NCBI GenBank assembly: GCA_905178155.1
Contig: CAJINV010000004.1
Coordinates: forward strand, 156,969-220,968
DNA length: 64,000 nt
Reading direction: 5' to 3'
Source of the DNA: Amoebophrya sp. A120
Taxonomy: Eukaryota > Protista > Dinoflagellata
The notes beneath the pieces are model-generated. The model saw only the letters and a program-made list of their open reading frames with translations, was not told the DNA's origin and made no database searches. Numbering within the stretch: position 1 is the stretch's first letter; the number at the start of each line of letters is the position of its first letter. This document shows positions 13,181-26,500 of the stretch, in pieces. Made by a program: the position numbers and the translations under genes.

Positions 13181-14888
13181 GCCGCCACACGAAGAGACCC
13201 GCGAAGCGACGAGCCCAGATTCATCCGGAGAAGAGCACAACGTTATCAAGAGCAAACATGTTTTATTTAGGTCTGGAAGTTGGAAGATTGCAAGGCTGTC
13301 GTGCTGGTCTCAGTCTCACATGACTCTCTTTATTTTAAATATGTAACGCATGAGCAGGAAGATAGCTTCCTAGCTGTGATACAAAACTGCAGTTTGTACT
13401 GCAGAAAGTGAAAGAACAAACGGGAACGCAAAAACTTTACACGCGTAGCTGCGGTTCTTCGCAGTGCGCTCCCTATTTTACTAACGGGAAAAGTTCAAGA
13501 ATAAGAATTTCAACAAAAAAATCATCACTGGCCCTTGAGCAATCCCAGGGGCGGGCGCCCGGTTGCTGGTTCGAGGGCAGGATTGCTGGAAGGCCGAGCG
13601 GCGGCAGGGCACATCAGCAGGCCCTGTCGGTCCAGAAAGCGGAGCACCCCGTCGAGTCCGCAGGCGAGCCTGTTTCTGGTGGCATTTCAGTGAAAACACA
13701 AGAAAAGCCTCTCCGGCGCCCGACGTCTTGCCTCATTCTTTCCTAATGAAGGCACTCCCCTCCACGCACTGAATTAGTTAACTTCGCCCGGTCTACTTGA
13801 GCCAGTCTTTTTAACATGAAGAGCCTTCATCATTCGCACAAAACAGACTTACTTAGGCGCCGGCTTTGGCGCTCTACTTTCTTGTAGGTCTACAGGGGCT
13901 GCTGAATGAAATATAGGACCCGAGGCTGCTGAAATACAGCTCATGAAGGAGTGGCCCCACAAAGATACAGAAAAGGCCTCCGACACAGGTAGCATGTAGC
14001 TTCTGCGCTTTACAACAATGAGACACCAGCCTGGCCGTTATCTAAAATCTCAAGAATACCAACAAGGGGGACCTCCCAAAGGGGGTCCCTAAATCCGTAT
14101 TCTTGAGATTTTAGATTAGTGCCAAATCGAGGGAATCAGGTGCATCTAAAATCTCAAGAATACCAACAAGGGGGTCCGCCCAAGACACCTCCCCGAAGAG
14201 GGGTTTTCGGGGAGGTGTCTTGGTTTGGGGCTCGTTTCGCACCCCCATCCGATCAGCCAAATCGACCGACTCAGGTGCATCTAAAATCTCAAGAATACCA
14301 GAAAAGGGGTCGCCAAGTGGCCAACGCCCGGCCCGCCTTTTGGGGCCCCTTGATTTTGGCCAAATCGACCGACTCAGGTGCATCTAAAATCTCAAGAATA
14401 CCAAAAAGTGGGCAACTTTGGGGCCCGCGCAAAAGTTCGTCGGAATAGGCACAACTTCCAGGCCCCTGCCAAACGTCCGAGATGAACTCCCTTAGTGTGT
14501 GGCGATTAGTGCTCTACTTTGTGGAGGTTAGTACTTTACTGCGTCCGATGTCCCGTTCGGGCGCAGGAAGGCTTCCTCCGCTTCAGTGCCATAGCAGGAC
14601 CTTTCTGAAAGCAGCCCGACCGAATGCGTTGCGCGGCCTTTGCTCCCCGCCCCCTGTTAGTGCGTGTTTTCCGAAAAAGGGGATGAGTGGCGTTTGCAAA
14701 TAAAACAGCACAGCGTAGCTGCGGTTCTTCGCAGTGCGCTCCCTATTTACAAACTTGCATATAGAAGTTTCCAATCTGAGGCAGATTTGCAATGCATACA
14801 CGTACTAGCCCTCGCCCGAGTTGATGCAAGCCACTTGATGCAAGCCGTCCAGCAGATGTTCAGCAACGAAATGGAAATACAGAGTTAG
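13181..14888 (+). CDS. 3' exons of a hypothetical protein; upstream exons unresolved
   Basis: After a GT..AG intron candidate (13030-13180): PPHEETREATSPDSSGEEHNV|LALARVDASHLMQAVQQMFSNEMEIQS*, joined across TIR element 13244-14798. Confidence 0.5.
13244..14798. mobile_element. Family A-like introner enlarged by a ~1.2-kb insert
   Basis: TATCAAGAGCAAAC...GATTTGCAATGCATA; flanks AACGT/CACGT; internal 36-bp direct repeat at 13443-13478 and 14713-14748. Confidence 0.75.
14040..14410. repeat. Interspaced repeat ATCTAAAATCTCAAGAATACC (4 direct copies, 1 inverted)
   Basis: Copies at about 14040, 14144, 14279 and 14382; inverted copy at 14097-14116. Confidence 0.85.
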
Positions 14889-17800
14889 AGGACAAGAAAT
14901 AAAATCCCAATATTTAATATAATTTGTACGATTAACAAGTAGATGAAACATGAAGTATAGGTGCTATAATATTTAACATGTAAGATCAAGATGTAGAAGA
15001 TTTAAAGAAAGGCGGTCGCAAGGGATTAACAAGATATAGCACACCCGATATTGGTAGGGCAGCGGCCGATATAATATCAAGTAGCAGCGCCTGACTGTAT
15101 AGAAACTACAATGATCAAGGTGAAGTACTCAATCTCAATGAAGACCATCTCGAAGGCCACGAGTGTATGTACCTCGTTAAATTTTTGATTGGTGTCAAAC
15201 TGTAGTACAGCTCGCCACCGGACGTCTCTGCCATGTACGTGTACCGAAAGAAAAATTCGTTGTACTTAGTCGTGCGCTCGTGGCCGCTTTTATTGTGTGC
15301 CGCTAGTTAGTACCTGTGCTTAGTATTGCTTGTCGCCATCTAGGAGTACGTAGGGGCGCCAGGGAGCAAGCAGTATTTATAATCCAAGTGGTGCAATAAA
15401 TTCAGTGTTGGAAGTGGATTTGCCTTTCGTGCGTTCTTCATAGCAGATCATTGTTTCATTCTCTCATGTAAGAACACTTTTTGTCGGTTACTGTTTCCTG
15501 CGCTGTTGGTTGTAATTAGAAAAAGAGCTATGTTGCTAGATGCACGCTTCTATGAAAATTTTCGTTGTCGCTGTGAAGTGCATTTGATGTGAGAATACCA
15601 TATTCTCTCTATTAGCACTTCTGCCAGAGCGTGATTATTATCGAAGCAGTAGTGGCTCGGAAATCGTCAGAAAAGAAGTAATGTGCGCTTTATTTTGCAT
15701 GAGGTTCTATTACGCCCTACAACACACTTGGGCGATGGTTCGCAAGGGCGGCTTCCATCACGTTGTGCGGACTAATTCTAGACCGTACAAATAAACTGAA
15801 ATGAGGGTCCTGGGAGGTCGGATAGAGTCGAATGGAACAACAGGACAAGTGCAGTTGTTCGCCAGTAGCGGCGCAACTAAGCAACATCGGACATTGGGTC
15901 TGGGCGTGATAAAACGAGTCCTTCCTGACAGTTTTTGGTCAGGCGTCGTTAAGATTTACTTGCAGCTAAGTAGCTATTAGCGGCGAGTGGCGCCAAATCG
16001 TCACCTTATGGGCCTGTAGAGGAGTTGTCGTAAAGCGACCGCGCGGCCGGCTACGGCCTACGTAGCTGCGGGACACTTTACTTGGTGGGAGGCCGCCTTA
16101 CTTTCCGGCTTGTCCGTCACACTGTGGACATTTGCTCGGGCGGGTAGACGGTGGAAGGAGCTCTGGCCGCTGATTTTTTTTTGAAATTGATGGGGTTTAG
16201 TTTTGCGTCGGTCTGCAGAAGGCCTTCGGATGCTCGCTTTTTTTGTGGGAAGAGTGTTTCGTAGAGCGGCCGCCCCTCGGTATCGTCGGCTGGCCCTGAG
16301 CTGGCTTGTCCGGGGGGGCTGGCCACACGGTTCCAGTTTTTTGTCGGGGCGGTAGAGCGTGCCCCACGTGGGAATGCTCTGTCTATGTGTGAGACAAGGA
16401 TGTGACCCAATGGGGCAGGGCCAGCCAGTGAAGATAATTCGTCCCGCACGATGACAAGGGGGGACACAAGTTGGGCACGCAGTCTAATTCTGACAGCGCT
16501 GGGCCGGACCACCTAGCAAGAGCGAATCTCGGACGCAGAAAAAATCTACAGGTGAATCTGGCCCGACCAAAAGACACGCTTTTATTTGCTATGCAACGGC
16601 GGTGAAGCGTTTCACCTGTGGCCGTATTTTTAAATATTGCGCACATTACCTCGCACGCCCCGGCGCCCCGAACGACGTCCCTTTCCATAATCGTTGGGGA
16701 AGGTTCTTCACTCACAGATGCCGGTTATGACACTGCAGACTCCGACCCGTCCCCCCCCAGATAATAAAAACAGGTTACTCGGAACTGCAACGGAAGCTGC
16801 ATCACGATAAAAATGGAATTAGCATGCAAAGTCGTAAAGTAGAAGCAAGCTATCGCTATGCTCAGCATTTTTGCAGTCTGTCTGTGTGAAGAAAGGAACG
16901 TTGTCACGCACAAATTCCCGAGAGCAGACCCGAGTTGCATACACCTGGGCATAAGTTTGCGAGACACGATAGCGATAGTATTGTATGAAAAAAGTTTTCC
17001 CTGTATAGGATTTTGCAAGTTTTGCATCAGGGTTTTGTTTTGCTTTGTTTTCCATGCGAGTTTCCTAAGAGCACACACACAGCTATTGTTTTGCATGCAT
17101 AGCAACGCAAGTAGTTCTGGGATACACGACCTTCTTTCGATCGGGAGGGTGGTTTCTGCATTCCCATATCTTGCGCCATGACGCCTGCTCCTCGACAGAT
17201 CGCCACAGACGGGCCGGCCTCAGTGCACTGGTGCCAGACAATCATATCCTGTTATCAAATGTAAAATTATGTCTGGGTGATGTGTGGTTATGGACGATGA
17301 GGGTCCTCGTTGCCAGCTACAACGAGGACACCCCTGAAGATGAGCCTTGTGATGCGTGTTGCGGCTGAGCCATGCTGCTGTTGCCTTTTCATTCTTTCAA
17401 AAACGCGGCTTTTTTATTTCATGCGTCTTACGCACCGCACAGCCTTCGAAAATTTGCCACTCTCGGAAAAATCGTGTGCGGGTCAACACCTCAACCTTGT
17501 TTCAACAAGCAGAGAGTTGTACCTACAAATTCACCATAGAGTAGTCATGGTCATCGTCCAGACCACCCACAAGTAGACTACACCTGGATTTGCAATGCAT
17601 ACCCCGCGGAAAACGAAACTTCTCCCCGGCGCCAATCTATCCAGAGTGAAGATGTGATTTTTGTATAACAGTGGAAAAGGACGAGGACGAGGACCAGTTC
17701 CAGTCAGTTTCCTCATTTGTTATGCACAAGTACAAGTCCACCTCCACTCATTGTCTTTTCGCCAGTACTTGCGTGACAGGCTATAGCACTGCAGTCCGTG

Positions 17801-18187
17801 GTGCGTGGACTTTGTCCCGCAAACATGTTGTAACGGTGCCCCTGTTTTGATTTTGTTTTCTCTGTTGCTGCGAGGAAGAGAGCGGAAGTGGTGGTCCGCT
17901 GTAAAAAGTTTGCGCCCCACTGACACTGACAGACACAGAAGCTTTAGCAGCTTAACGAACTCTGCATGGCAAGGAACAAGTGTGAACTACAACGCATTAT
18001 GGGAGTTTTTTTTATCTTGCTTATAACATCTAGGTAGCAACGCAGGAGGCATGATGGCATCTTCACATTTTGCGACAGATCTTTCTAAAGTTGCAACACG
18101 CCGCGCATCACAAAAATCCACGCTGGGTTGGGTTTCATGTTTGTAATACGGGATAAGCGAAGGAGCAGTGCTACTGCTACCCCCAGT

Positions 18188-18360
18188 TATCAAATGCGAA
18201 TATGTCTGGGTCTGGAAGATTCTAAACTTGTGATGCTGCCTCTGGATTCTCAAAAATTTGTATTGCATGACCAGCAAGACGAGGACATGCTAGGGCCCAC
18301 ATCACAGAGATCATGACAAGCCTGGCAATCTTCAAGACCCACACACTTTTGCAATCCATA
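18188..18360. mobile_element. TIR introner family A (internally deleted)
   Basis: TATCAAATGCGAATATGTCTGGGTCTGGAAG...TTTTGCAATCCATA; TSD CCAGT. Confidence 0.9.
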
Positions 18361-19224
18361 CCAGTGCCCGCAAAACGAAAACCTGGCCTCCGCGTGCGTC
18401 GTGCCGTATATCCTGTTGAAGAACGACACCCCCATCCCATAACTTACACTGTTGCGCATGAACTGTTTGGGCCTCTCATTTTGCAGTCGTGTTTTTCTAG
18501 CTAGAAGACTTCTACCCGCGTCGAAAGTCACACACGGTCGTATCCTGATTCTAATATCGAGAGAAACCAGCCACCCCCCGGCGGAGGCCGCCGGGGAGGG
18601 AGGCTGTTCGGGGAAGGTGTACCGGTGGGGAAGGTGGGGACAAGGGTAGCGCGCCGCTGCGCAGCCAAAAAGGCAGTCGAGGCCGCGCCGGCCGCTCTGA
18701 CGGGTTTGGCCCAGAAAGCGCAGCGCACACGCGCACGCAGCGATACCGGCTCGGCCTGCGTTCTTTGTTTCCGAAAAAAGCAGTGCCCGGGGCCGGAGCT
18801 TGGTGGCCTTTCTTGGGGGGGTAGTCTGTTGGAGGCGTGCGCCCTGAACAAGAGGGCGGAGTGCGTCCAAAAAGTAGCGAACTGGAATAAGCTTAGTGGC
18901 GAGCACGCCGCGAGGCGAGCACGTGCATGCGAAATTGTAGACAACGGGCACAGAAAGACTTTCGCTGCTTTGGCTGCCGCACCTGTTGCCCGCGCGCGGG
19001 CGCTGTGTGAAGTTGCGGCCACCCTAGGTGGCTGCCTACGTTAAGGCGTGTCGCCGCGCCCCCCCCGGGGGACGCAGAGCGGCGCATTCACTTTGAACAG
19101 CCGCCCTGGTCTGTAGAGAGTCAAAAGACTTGCAGACCATAAGCTGTAGGCCCCAGCTGGTTTCGCTCCTACTTTAAGACGCAGGTACTGCGCGCAGGCG
19201 GGCGAACTGCACTGGGGGGGGCGG

Positions 19225-19660
19225 TTGCGGTAGAGATTCAGGGAGAGGGTCCGGGAGAGGGTCCCGGAGAGGGTCCGGGAGAGGGTCGGGGAGAGGTTCG
19301 GAGAGGGTCCCGAAGAGGGTCCGGGAGAGGGTCGGAGAGGTCCCGAGAGGGTCCGCCGAGAGGTAAAATAGAGGTTCCCGGAGAGGATCGGGGTAGAGGG
19401 TCACCTAGAGGGTCGCCCTATACTACGCACCCTCTCTGACCCTCTCGACCCTCTCCCCCTACCCTCTATTTGACCTCTGTCCACCCTCTGCCTACCCTCT
19501 TCGGGCGTATAGCGCCGGTATACGGGCCGATATACTGCCCACCCTCTCCCTGCCCTTTCCTTTACCTCTCGCTTTACCTCTCCCCGACCCTCTATTTTTC
19601 CCCGACCCTCTATTTTACCTCTACGACACCTCTCTCCACCCTCTACCGGAACCTCTCCGG
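19225..19660. repeat. ~12-bp minisatellite (CCGGGAGAGGGT) followed by inverted CCCTCT-rich copies
   Basis: Read directly; similar GAGAGG/CCTCTC arrays at 28535-28900. Confidence 0.8.
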
Positions 19661-19819
19661 CCCCAAAGTTTGCCTTATATAAATATAGTAATTGAAGGTG
19701 AAGAAGCTTCAAGGTAGTATTAGGGAGTGCTAACGCTCCTCATGGAGCTGCGCATGAGAGGTAATTGAGGTTTGTAAATTAAAATTTGGCTGACAGCTAT
19801 GGTGTTGGCTCGCTTCTCC

Positions 19820-20132
19820 TATGAATGTGTCAGGTTTGAAATCGTCAAAGTTGAAATAGTTTGTCATGCATAAAACGGATACCAGTTAGACATACAATTT
19901 GTAGTAGGTGCGTGACAAATTTCCCCGGTCCTGGAAGCGAGTCTGTCATGCGGTTTAGGGCAAAAGAGCCGCCTTCTGTCATGCTAGTTAGCAGTCCAAC
20001 TTTTGACCCTTGCCAAGACTATAGCCTGCCTCCTGTGGGTCCTCTGCAATAGAGTCGCTTTTTGTAATTGTATCGCATTTTATGCATTACAAATTGTTTC
20101 AACTTTGACGATTTCAACCTGACGCTTCCATA
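19820..20132. mobile_element. TIR introner family C (TATGGA/TATGAA-GTCAGG-TCAAAGTTGAAA)
   Basis: TATGAATGTGTCAGGTTTGAAATCGTCAAAGTTGAAA...TTTCAACTTTGACGATTTCAACCTGACGCTTCCATA; TSD TCTCC. Confidence 0.9.
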
Positions 20133-20508
20133 TCTCCTCAGGACATCGTAGACAGGCGCGGAAGACGAAGGAGGGGCTGCTGCCAGAGCAGATAGATATG
20201 CGTTGCAGAAAATATGTTTTGGTGGTCGGAAGCACTGCAGATGTTTGCCATGCAGATTCTGCATGAGCAGCAATGTCTAGAGGAACGTAGTTGGACGGAG
20301 CGCTGCAGGTGTAGCAAGGTCTACGAAATGCGTATCCCGTGTGAGCATTTTTGTTCCAGCATAGCCAAAAACTAGCACGACGCATGCAACATTGCGTGCC
20401 CCGTAGGCATACCAGTAAACGTAACAAATATGCGCTTTCCCATTCGACCCAGACCCAGACGCACTGGCCTTTGCGATGCATAAGAAGGCACGGTGAGGAG
20501 CATTCATT

Positions 20509-23500
20509 ATGTGGAGAGTGTGCAGCTCATTCATCCTGTTTGCCACGCCCGCTGTGGCCTCTATCAAATGCAAAAATGTCATCTGGGTCTGGAAGGTTGG
20601 AACTTGTGATGCTGACTTTATTGGACTCTAAAAAAATAAAAACCTGTACTGCATGACCAGCAAGAGGAGCCTAGTTCGTGCTACGCGGGGACGGCGTTTG
20701 TCATGCGGAGTAGGCATCAGGAAGCCCACTAAAAATCTGCGCTATAGGTCGCGCATCACAGACATCCTCGGCCATGCAAAATTTGCATGACAAACCCGGC
20801 ATCAACATTCCAGACCCAGGCATCAACATTCCAGACCCAGTAGTTCTCTTTTATTTTCTTTCTTCATAAAGAACAAGTCGTTCTCTTCCCTGTGCTGTAC
20901 CAAGGTCTTGTTTCCAGACAAAACACCAGACACTTTTGCAGTTCATAGCCTTTTTGGGGGAGCAATATCGCTGGAGTTCGACGCAGATTACAAAGGGCAT
21001 ATCAAGTGTAAAAATGTCTGGGTCTGGAAGAATGCAACTTGTCATGCTAAATCTGAAGCATGCAAAAATCTGTGTTGCATGATATACCAAAAGTCGTCCA
21101 GTTTTGACCAAGTCGGGAGGCAGTTTCTCATGCAGGATAGGCATGAGAAAGATCGCGCAGAATCTGTCATGCTACGTCCTGCATTCCAGACCTCATGGGT
21201 CATGGAAAAGCTGCATGACAAATCGCGCACTCTTCCAGACCCAGACATTTTTATTTTTGATAGGGCAGCGGGCAGTACTATGATGGAGATCAAAACCAGG
21301 ACGTGGGGGAAGGCATATCCTGCAGAAAAGTACACCCGCACCAGAAAAAAACTGGCAAAATTTGTATGTAGAAGTGCGGTCGCGAAAGTTCTATTCTGGC
21401 GATTTTTTTTTTCGATATCCAGACAGCAAAACGACGGCCGGTCTTCAAGCGCCGTCCGGGCGTGTTTTTTCACAAAAGTTTCAAACTATCAAAGGGCTGG
21501 AGCTTTCTTGGCAAACAAGCCCGGTGGACTTCCTCCGCTCGACAAATCGATGCAGGGGCGTGGGCCGGCAAAAGCATCACCGGTCCTCCTGGGGCGCCCG
21601 CCCGCCGTCTTGATTTCTGGCGGCCTGAGACGCACAGGGCGGGGCGCGAAAAAACTAGAGACGGAAAAAAAACAGCCAGCCCGCACACTGTAGGTCTCAG
21701 CCCGGGCTTTTCCGGTACGCGCTGACTGTCTGACGGCCGAAGGTTTTGCCTTTTAAAACAAAGAAAAAAATGGCGCCCTGCCAAAAAGCGCGAGCGGCGC
21801 TATATGCTATTTGCACGACTTCGGGCGCCCAAGCGGCCGGTCTTGCCCTAGTGGAGGCCCAGGCGGGACCTTGGCATACGGCTGGGATTTGTCTTCTCAA
21901 TGCCAGACGGCCGGAAGCTTTGGCCCGCGAAATTTCTCGGCCGTGCATGGCGTTAGGCGCCATGGCATGGCGGCCATAGTTAGAGGCGGCGCCGTCCGTG
22001 TTTTGGCCCCAAGACAAAAAAAACCGCTATGGCCCCACTATGATTGGCAATCGGTGTTGCGCTAAGTTATCCTGGTCTCGCCCTCAGGAAAAAGGCCGCA
22101 AGAGGTGCAGGCCCTGCCAAGCTTATGCGCAAGAGCAAGCGCGACTAGAGATGGATGCATGTTGCCAAAATAGCGAATTGGCCATGCTGGCAACCATTCA
22201 AAAAAACCAGCTTAGTTGTGGCGATGCAACTCACTCCTTGAAAAAATCATTTTGCTTGTGGGTGTGGGTTTGCTTTTGTGTAGGATAGCCGTCCGACCTG
22301 CAGTTGAATTGTACCAAACTTTTCAACGCTGCGCCGAACCACTGGATAGAGCATGGCAACGCCGATGGGGTATCCCTTGTAATAAAAATGCACGCACCCG
22401 TATCGCACGAAAAAGGTGTTACAGTTACACATTTGTTGGAGGTTCTGCATCACAAAGTTGCTCGACATGGAAAAGAAAACATGTGTTGCGCAGACTATAA
22501 AAGGGAAAACACGCTGCATGAAATGAGAGGGGCAAGCACTACTTCCTGCATGACAGAGGGTGTCTGCCTAGCTTGTCTTCCATCAGAGTGTGCAACTGCA
22601 AAACTTTTTTCTTGCGATAGTCCGCCCGACGCACCGCGTTCTGCTTCTTGCAGAAGAGAAACACTATCTCGAGGGCAAGGTACGAACCCAACATGTGCTA
22701 CAAGAGATTTGCTGCAAACTACGCAAAAAGATTTGGCATGACAAATTAACCAACCTTGTGAGTCAGGGATGTATGACAAGTAATGGCAAGAAGAACCCTC
22801 CACAGCATCGCTGCGTTTGTCGAAGATGATTGCACCAAAAATCTATTAGACCATCATAGCAACTGGCTTGTTCTAAACCAGCATAGGCACAATATGCCCC
22901 GTGTGAGATGTCGCCTTTACAACTGAATGAAACTTGTCATATACCAGTGACCTGCTTTAGATCGTTGAAAAGTGTAGAGTGGGTTCATTTGTGCACTGTA
23001 TCAGGGATACCTGCACCCGGCGGTTGGATATCCAGTGCAAAAATCTGCGATCTGGATGAGGAATGTTGTTAAAATCAGCGTTCTGGTCGGCCGCTACAAC
23101 GAACAGGGACAGTAAGGTCCGGGCATCCGCTTCTTCTATGTGATGCTGTGTTATTCGCCATTGCATGACTTTTGTTTTTCGCCACACAACCCACCATGTT
23201 CTTTCCGGTCCACCATATGAAGTGGCAACGAGTGTGCTTACTTACACCTCGCCGTCAGGTGAGCAAGACTTGCGTCAACAGAATGAGTGTAGTTCTATTT
23301 GTGGTTGTGTGTTGCTCGCCGATCTGTTCTTATATGCTCCTTGCAATCTGTGTGATTTATCTGGTAGACCCACATCTAAGATGAAAAGGCACGCTCCTTA
23401 TGCTAGAAAAGAAAAGCGCTGGCGCATTTGTGTAAGAAACACTGCGCGTAGTTGTGCCGGATTCCTGCGCTTCTTCGTCTTCCTCACATGCAAAATTAAT

Positions 23501-26500
23501 TTGCATGGAAATGCATGCGTATAGCCATAGCGTACGAGACGGGAGCCAGAAAAAAATGCTCTGCCCAACGGACAGCGGGCGCATGTTTGTGATGCGAAAA
23601 ATTGTGTATCTACGAATGGTTTTTATTTATGTGTGATATGGTAATGGTATTATGGGTGTATTTATTTTCCGGAGGCGGGTATGAAATGAGCCCACGGGGA
23701 CGATGTTGAGAACGACTCATGCCAGACGCAGATTTACAATGGAGATTCGCAGCAGGCTATGCAAATAAAAAACCCTTCCCATACCACAAAGAAAAACAAG
23801 TGCGGACGTTTGTCACCTGAGTAGATAGGCCCCAAGGTGGGTGGTGGGCGTCGTTTCCAATCAGATTTGGGATGTCGCTTCGTGGTAGCTGTTATTTCTC
23901 TGCACGGGCCAGATAAGAGACCAGCCAGTCGCGCATGCCGGCGGACGGGACCTTTTTGTTTGGCGGAGGTCCTGCCAGCACGTGGGCTGCTTTCGCAGCC
24001 CGTGCTGCCTTTCCCGGCGCCGGCCTCGGCGTAAATTTGCGCACGCCATGCTTGCAGCGGCCTTGGGAAGGCCCCACCGCATGGAGCGTCCCGCGCGTTG
24101 GCGCCCCGTTTGGCCTGGGTAGCGCGCGCCGGCCGCTCCTTTGCGTTTGCAGAGCTGCGGCAGGTTTTGGCCATGGCCAGGTCAAGCGATCTACTGGGCG
24201 GGATCGGTAGATCGCTTGGTCCGGCCCCCCAGCCCTGCCGCGTGCCTGGCCCCGGCGAAAGAATAGCGCAGGAGGCCTGCGCCAGGCGAGGGTGATCCAG
24301 CCCGCCGACCGTGCGTGCCGGGACGGGGGGCTGCGTGCCCCCTCGCTGGATCGTGTGTGCGTGCGTCTTCGCGCGCGGGGCCCACCCGGGGGGGGGGGGG
24401 CGTTCGCATTGGACCCCGCGGCGGTTTTGGCAGACACGACGCACACCTCTAGCCACCTTGCCAGCCGCCCGCCCGGAGGGAGCAGACTTTGGCCCGTGCG
24501 TGCTTCGGCAGGTACTTACCTGCCTAGCGCCTGCTCCCCGGTGGCGTGCTGGTAGGCGCCTGGCGGGCGGGTGCGCGGGGCGGGCGTGCGTGGCGTTCGT
24601 CCGGCCGTAGCAGTCCCCTCGCCCCTGCCCCCGCCCTTTGGTAGTGTGTTGACCACGCTGCATATTTATAACAAAAAAACCCGCAGTAGGTAGTCCGCCA
24701 CCGCAGCCGGCATGGGATGACTGTCGACGCGCCCGTCTCGCCTTCGGTTCGCCTTCTCCTGCTGCACAAGTTCGATCCGGAAAGGGTTTAGTTTGGGTTT
24801 CAGGGTTTAAGACGCATTTATAACAAAAAGACGACGGCAGGCGGCCCTTTCTGCCCTGCTTCTGGGCTTGGCGGGGGGCGCTGTCTGTGGCTGCGTCGCG
24901 GGGCCCTTCTGCTTCTTTTCCCTCTGCCGCTTGGCGGTAGTTGCTTGCGCTCATTGAAATCGCTGGCAGTGGTTCGCAGGGGGTTGGAAAGGCTCGCCCC
25001 GTTCCCGCCTGGCTGCATATTCTCGTCGTACGTTGAGTGCCTCCCGTAGGTCAGCGCCACGCACCGTGGGCCCCAACGAACCGCCGCCATGCATTGGGTG
25101 TTGGCAGGAGGGCAAGCGCCGCAACATCCTCCAGCTAGCGCGCTTTGGTTGAGGGCCGCCCCCCCTTCACAATGAAAGACCCGAGCGCGCGCTCCGTGTC
25201 GCCAATCTATCAGCGCCTCAAATCTAATCGGCTCGCTGGCCCCGCTATAAGTATGGGGAGGAAAAAGTTTGCACCTTGATGGCCGGTTTCCGCGATGATC
25301 AAAATAAGAAGAAGCAGGGAGGGCTGAAACGACTGACGCGGAGCGACTTGACGAACGGCCAATTTAGCGCATTCGGCGTAACTTACCCCAATCGCGACTC
25401 CGCTTTCACGTTCGACGAATGTGTGAGCGCCTGCCTCTTATCAAATGTAAAAATGTCGGGGTCGGGAAGAGTTGGAACTTGTGGCGCAAACGCTGGACCA
25501 CAGATTTTGGGCGCAAACGCTGGACCACAGAGTTGGAACTTGTGGCGCAAGAAGTTGACAGATTTTGGCGCTCATGTGTTGCATGAGCGCCAAAATCTGT
25601 CAACTTCTTGGCACGAAAGTAGGAAGTTTCTCATGCGGGACAGGCATCATGTGGCGTGCGCAGAACCTGTTGCGCTTTTGCCTGCAACATCAGACGCCAT
25701 TTGCGTGATCCGAAATTTGCATGACAAATCTCCAGCCAACCAAATCTCACAATCTTCCAGACCCAGACACTTTTGCATTTGATACCCCTGGGACCTTGAG
25801 GCAAGTGTGGAGCGGGCAGACAAAACGCAGTCGGAGCCGGCCGAGGTCGGCTGCGTATGAATCTGTCAGGATTGAAATCGTCAAAGTTGAAATGGTTTGC
25901 CATGCATAAAATGCAAGGCATGAAGCGCCTGCCTTGCTGGGATGGCAAGCGAGGCAGATTGTGAGCCTTTTTAGGGTTTGGGATAGAGCTGCTACAGGAG
26001 CATGACAAAAGCGCCCTTCTGTGCCCAAACAGCATGACAAATTGGATTTCGGTGCTCCGAAAATTTGTCATGCGCCGCAGTAGCACAGTCTGTTTATGTA
26101 ATGCGCCGCTTAGGAATTGGTCTTCCAACTGGTATCCATTTTATGCATGACAAATTATTTCAACTTTGTCGATTTCAAACCTGGCGCTTCCATACCGCGA
26201 GGGAATAGTGTATGCCAATGGCGGAGACGACGAGGGCCATTGTTGGCTGAAGCGAAAAGCTTGCTGTGAGTCGGAGAATGAGCAGTCGGGTCTTGATCGG
26301 ACGTTTTCCCCTGTGCCCGCCCTCGCCGGCGACCCACTGACCGCATTGCCGCGTATCTCCGTGCGGATCGATGACGAGTGCAAACAGACGCTGCGGGCTG
26401 GCCTGGGGCTATCCTGTGTAATAACGTCCCCACGCCCCCAGACCCAGTTCTCGCTCACTTTTTTTCACATTTTGAAATCTTCCTGTGCTTTACGTTGGTC

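Larger units (their letters stand above)
18409..20145. mobile_element. Family F introner carrying a GC-rich insert and a nested family C element inside its right TIR
   Basis: Left end TATCCTGTTGAAGAACG; right end reassembles as GCTTCTCC[19820-20132]TCAGGACA; flanks CCGTA/TCGTA. Confidence 0.65.

Noticed and set aside
14040-14410. CRISPR-like interspaced repeats
   Set aside because: Uneven, mutually related spacers, one inverted copy, no cas genes, eukaryotic context; lies in an insert within an introner.
20490-20500. Stop-codon reassignment (in-frame TGA upstream of the PAN gene)
   Set aside because: An ATG with a good signal peptide follows at 20509, and the reconstructed exons contain no internal stops under the standard code.
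20908-21693. Recurring peptides such as KCKNVWVWK, FQTQT and LPDPD in many ORFs as a protein family
   Set aside because: They are translations of the family A TIR in different frames.
23734-24954. 406-aa minus-strand ORF, and other long GC-rich ORFs such as 36332-37171 and 18250-18951
   Set aside because: Low-complexity R/A/P/G translation of GC-rich inserts, open in several frames, with no recognisable transposase or RT motifs.
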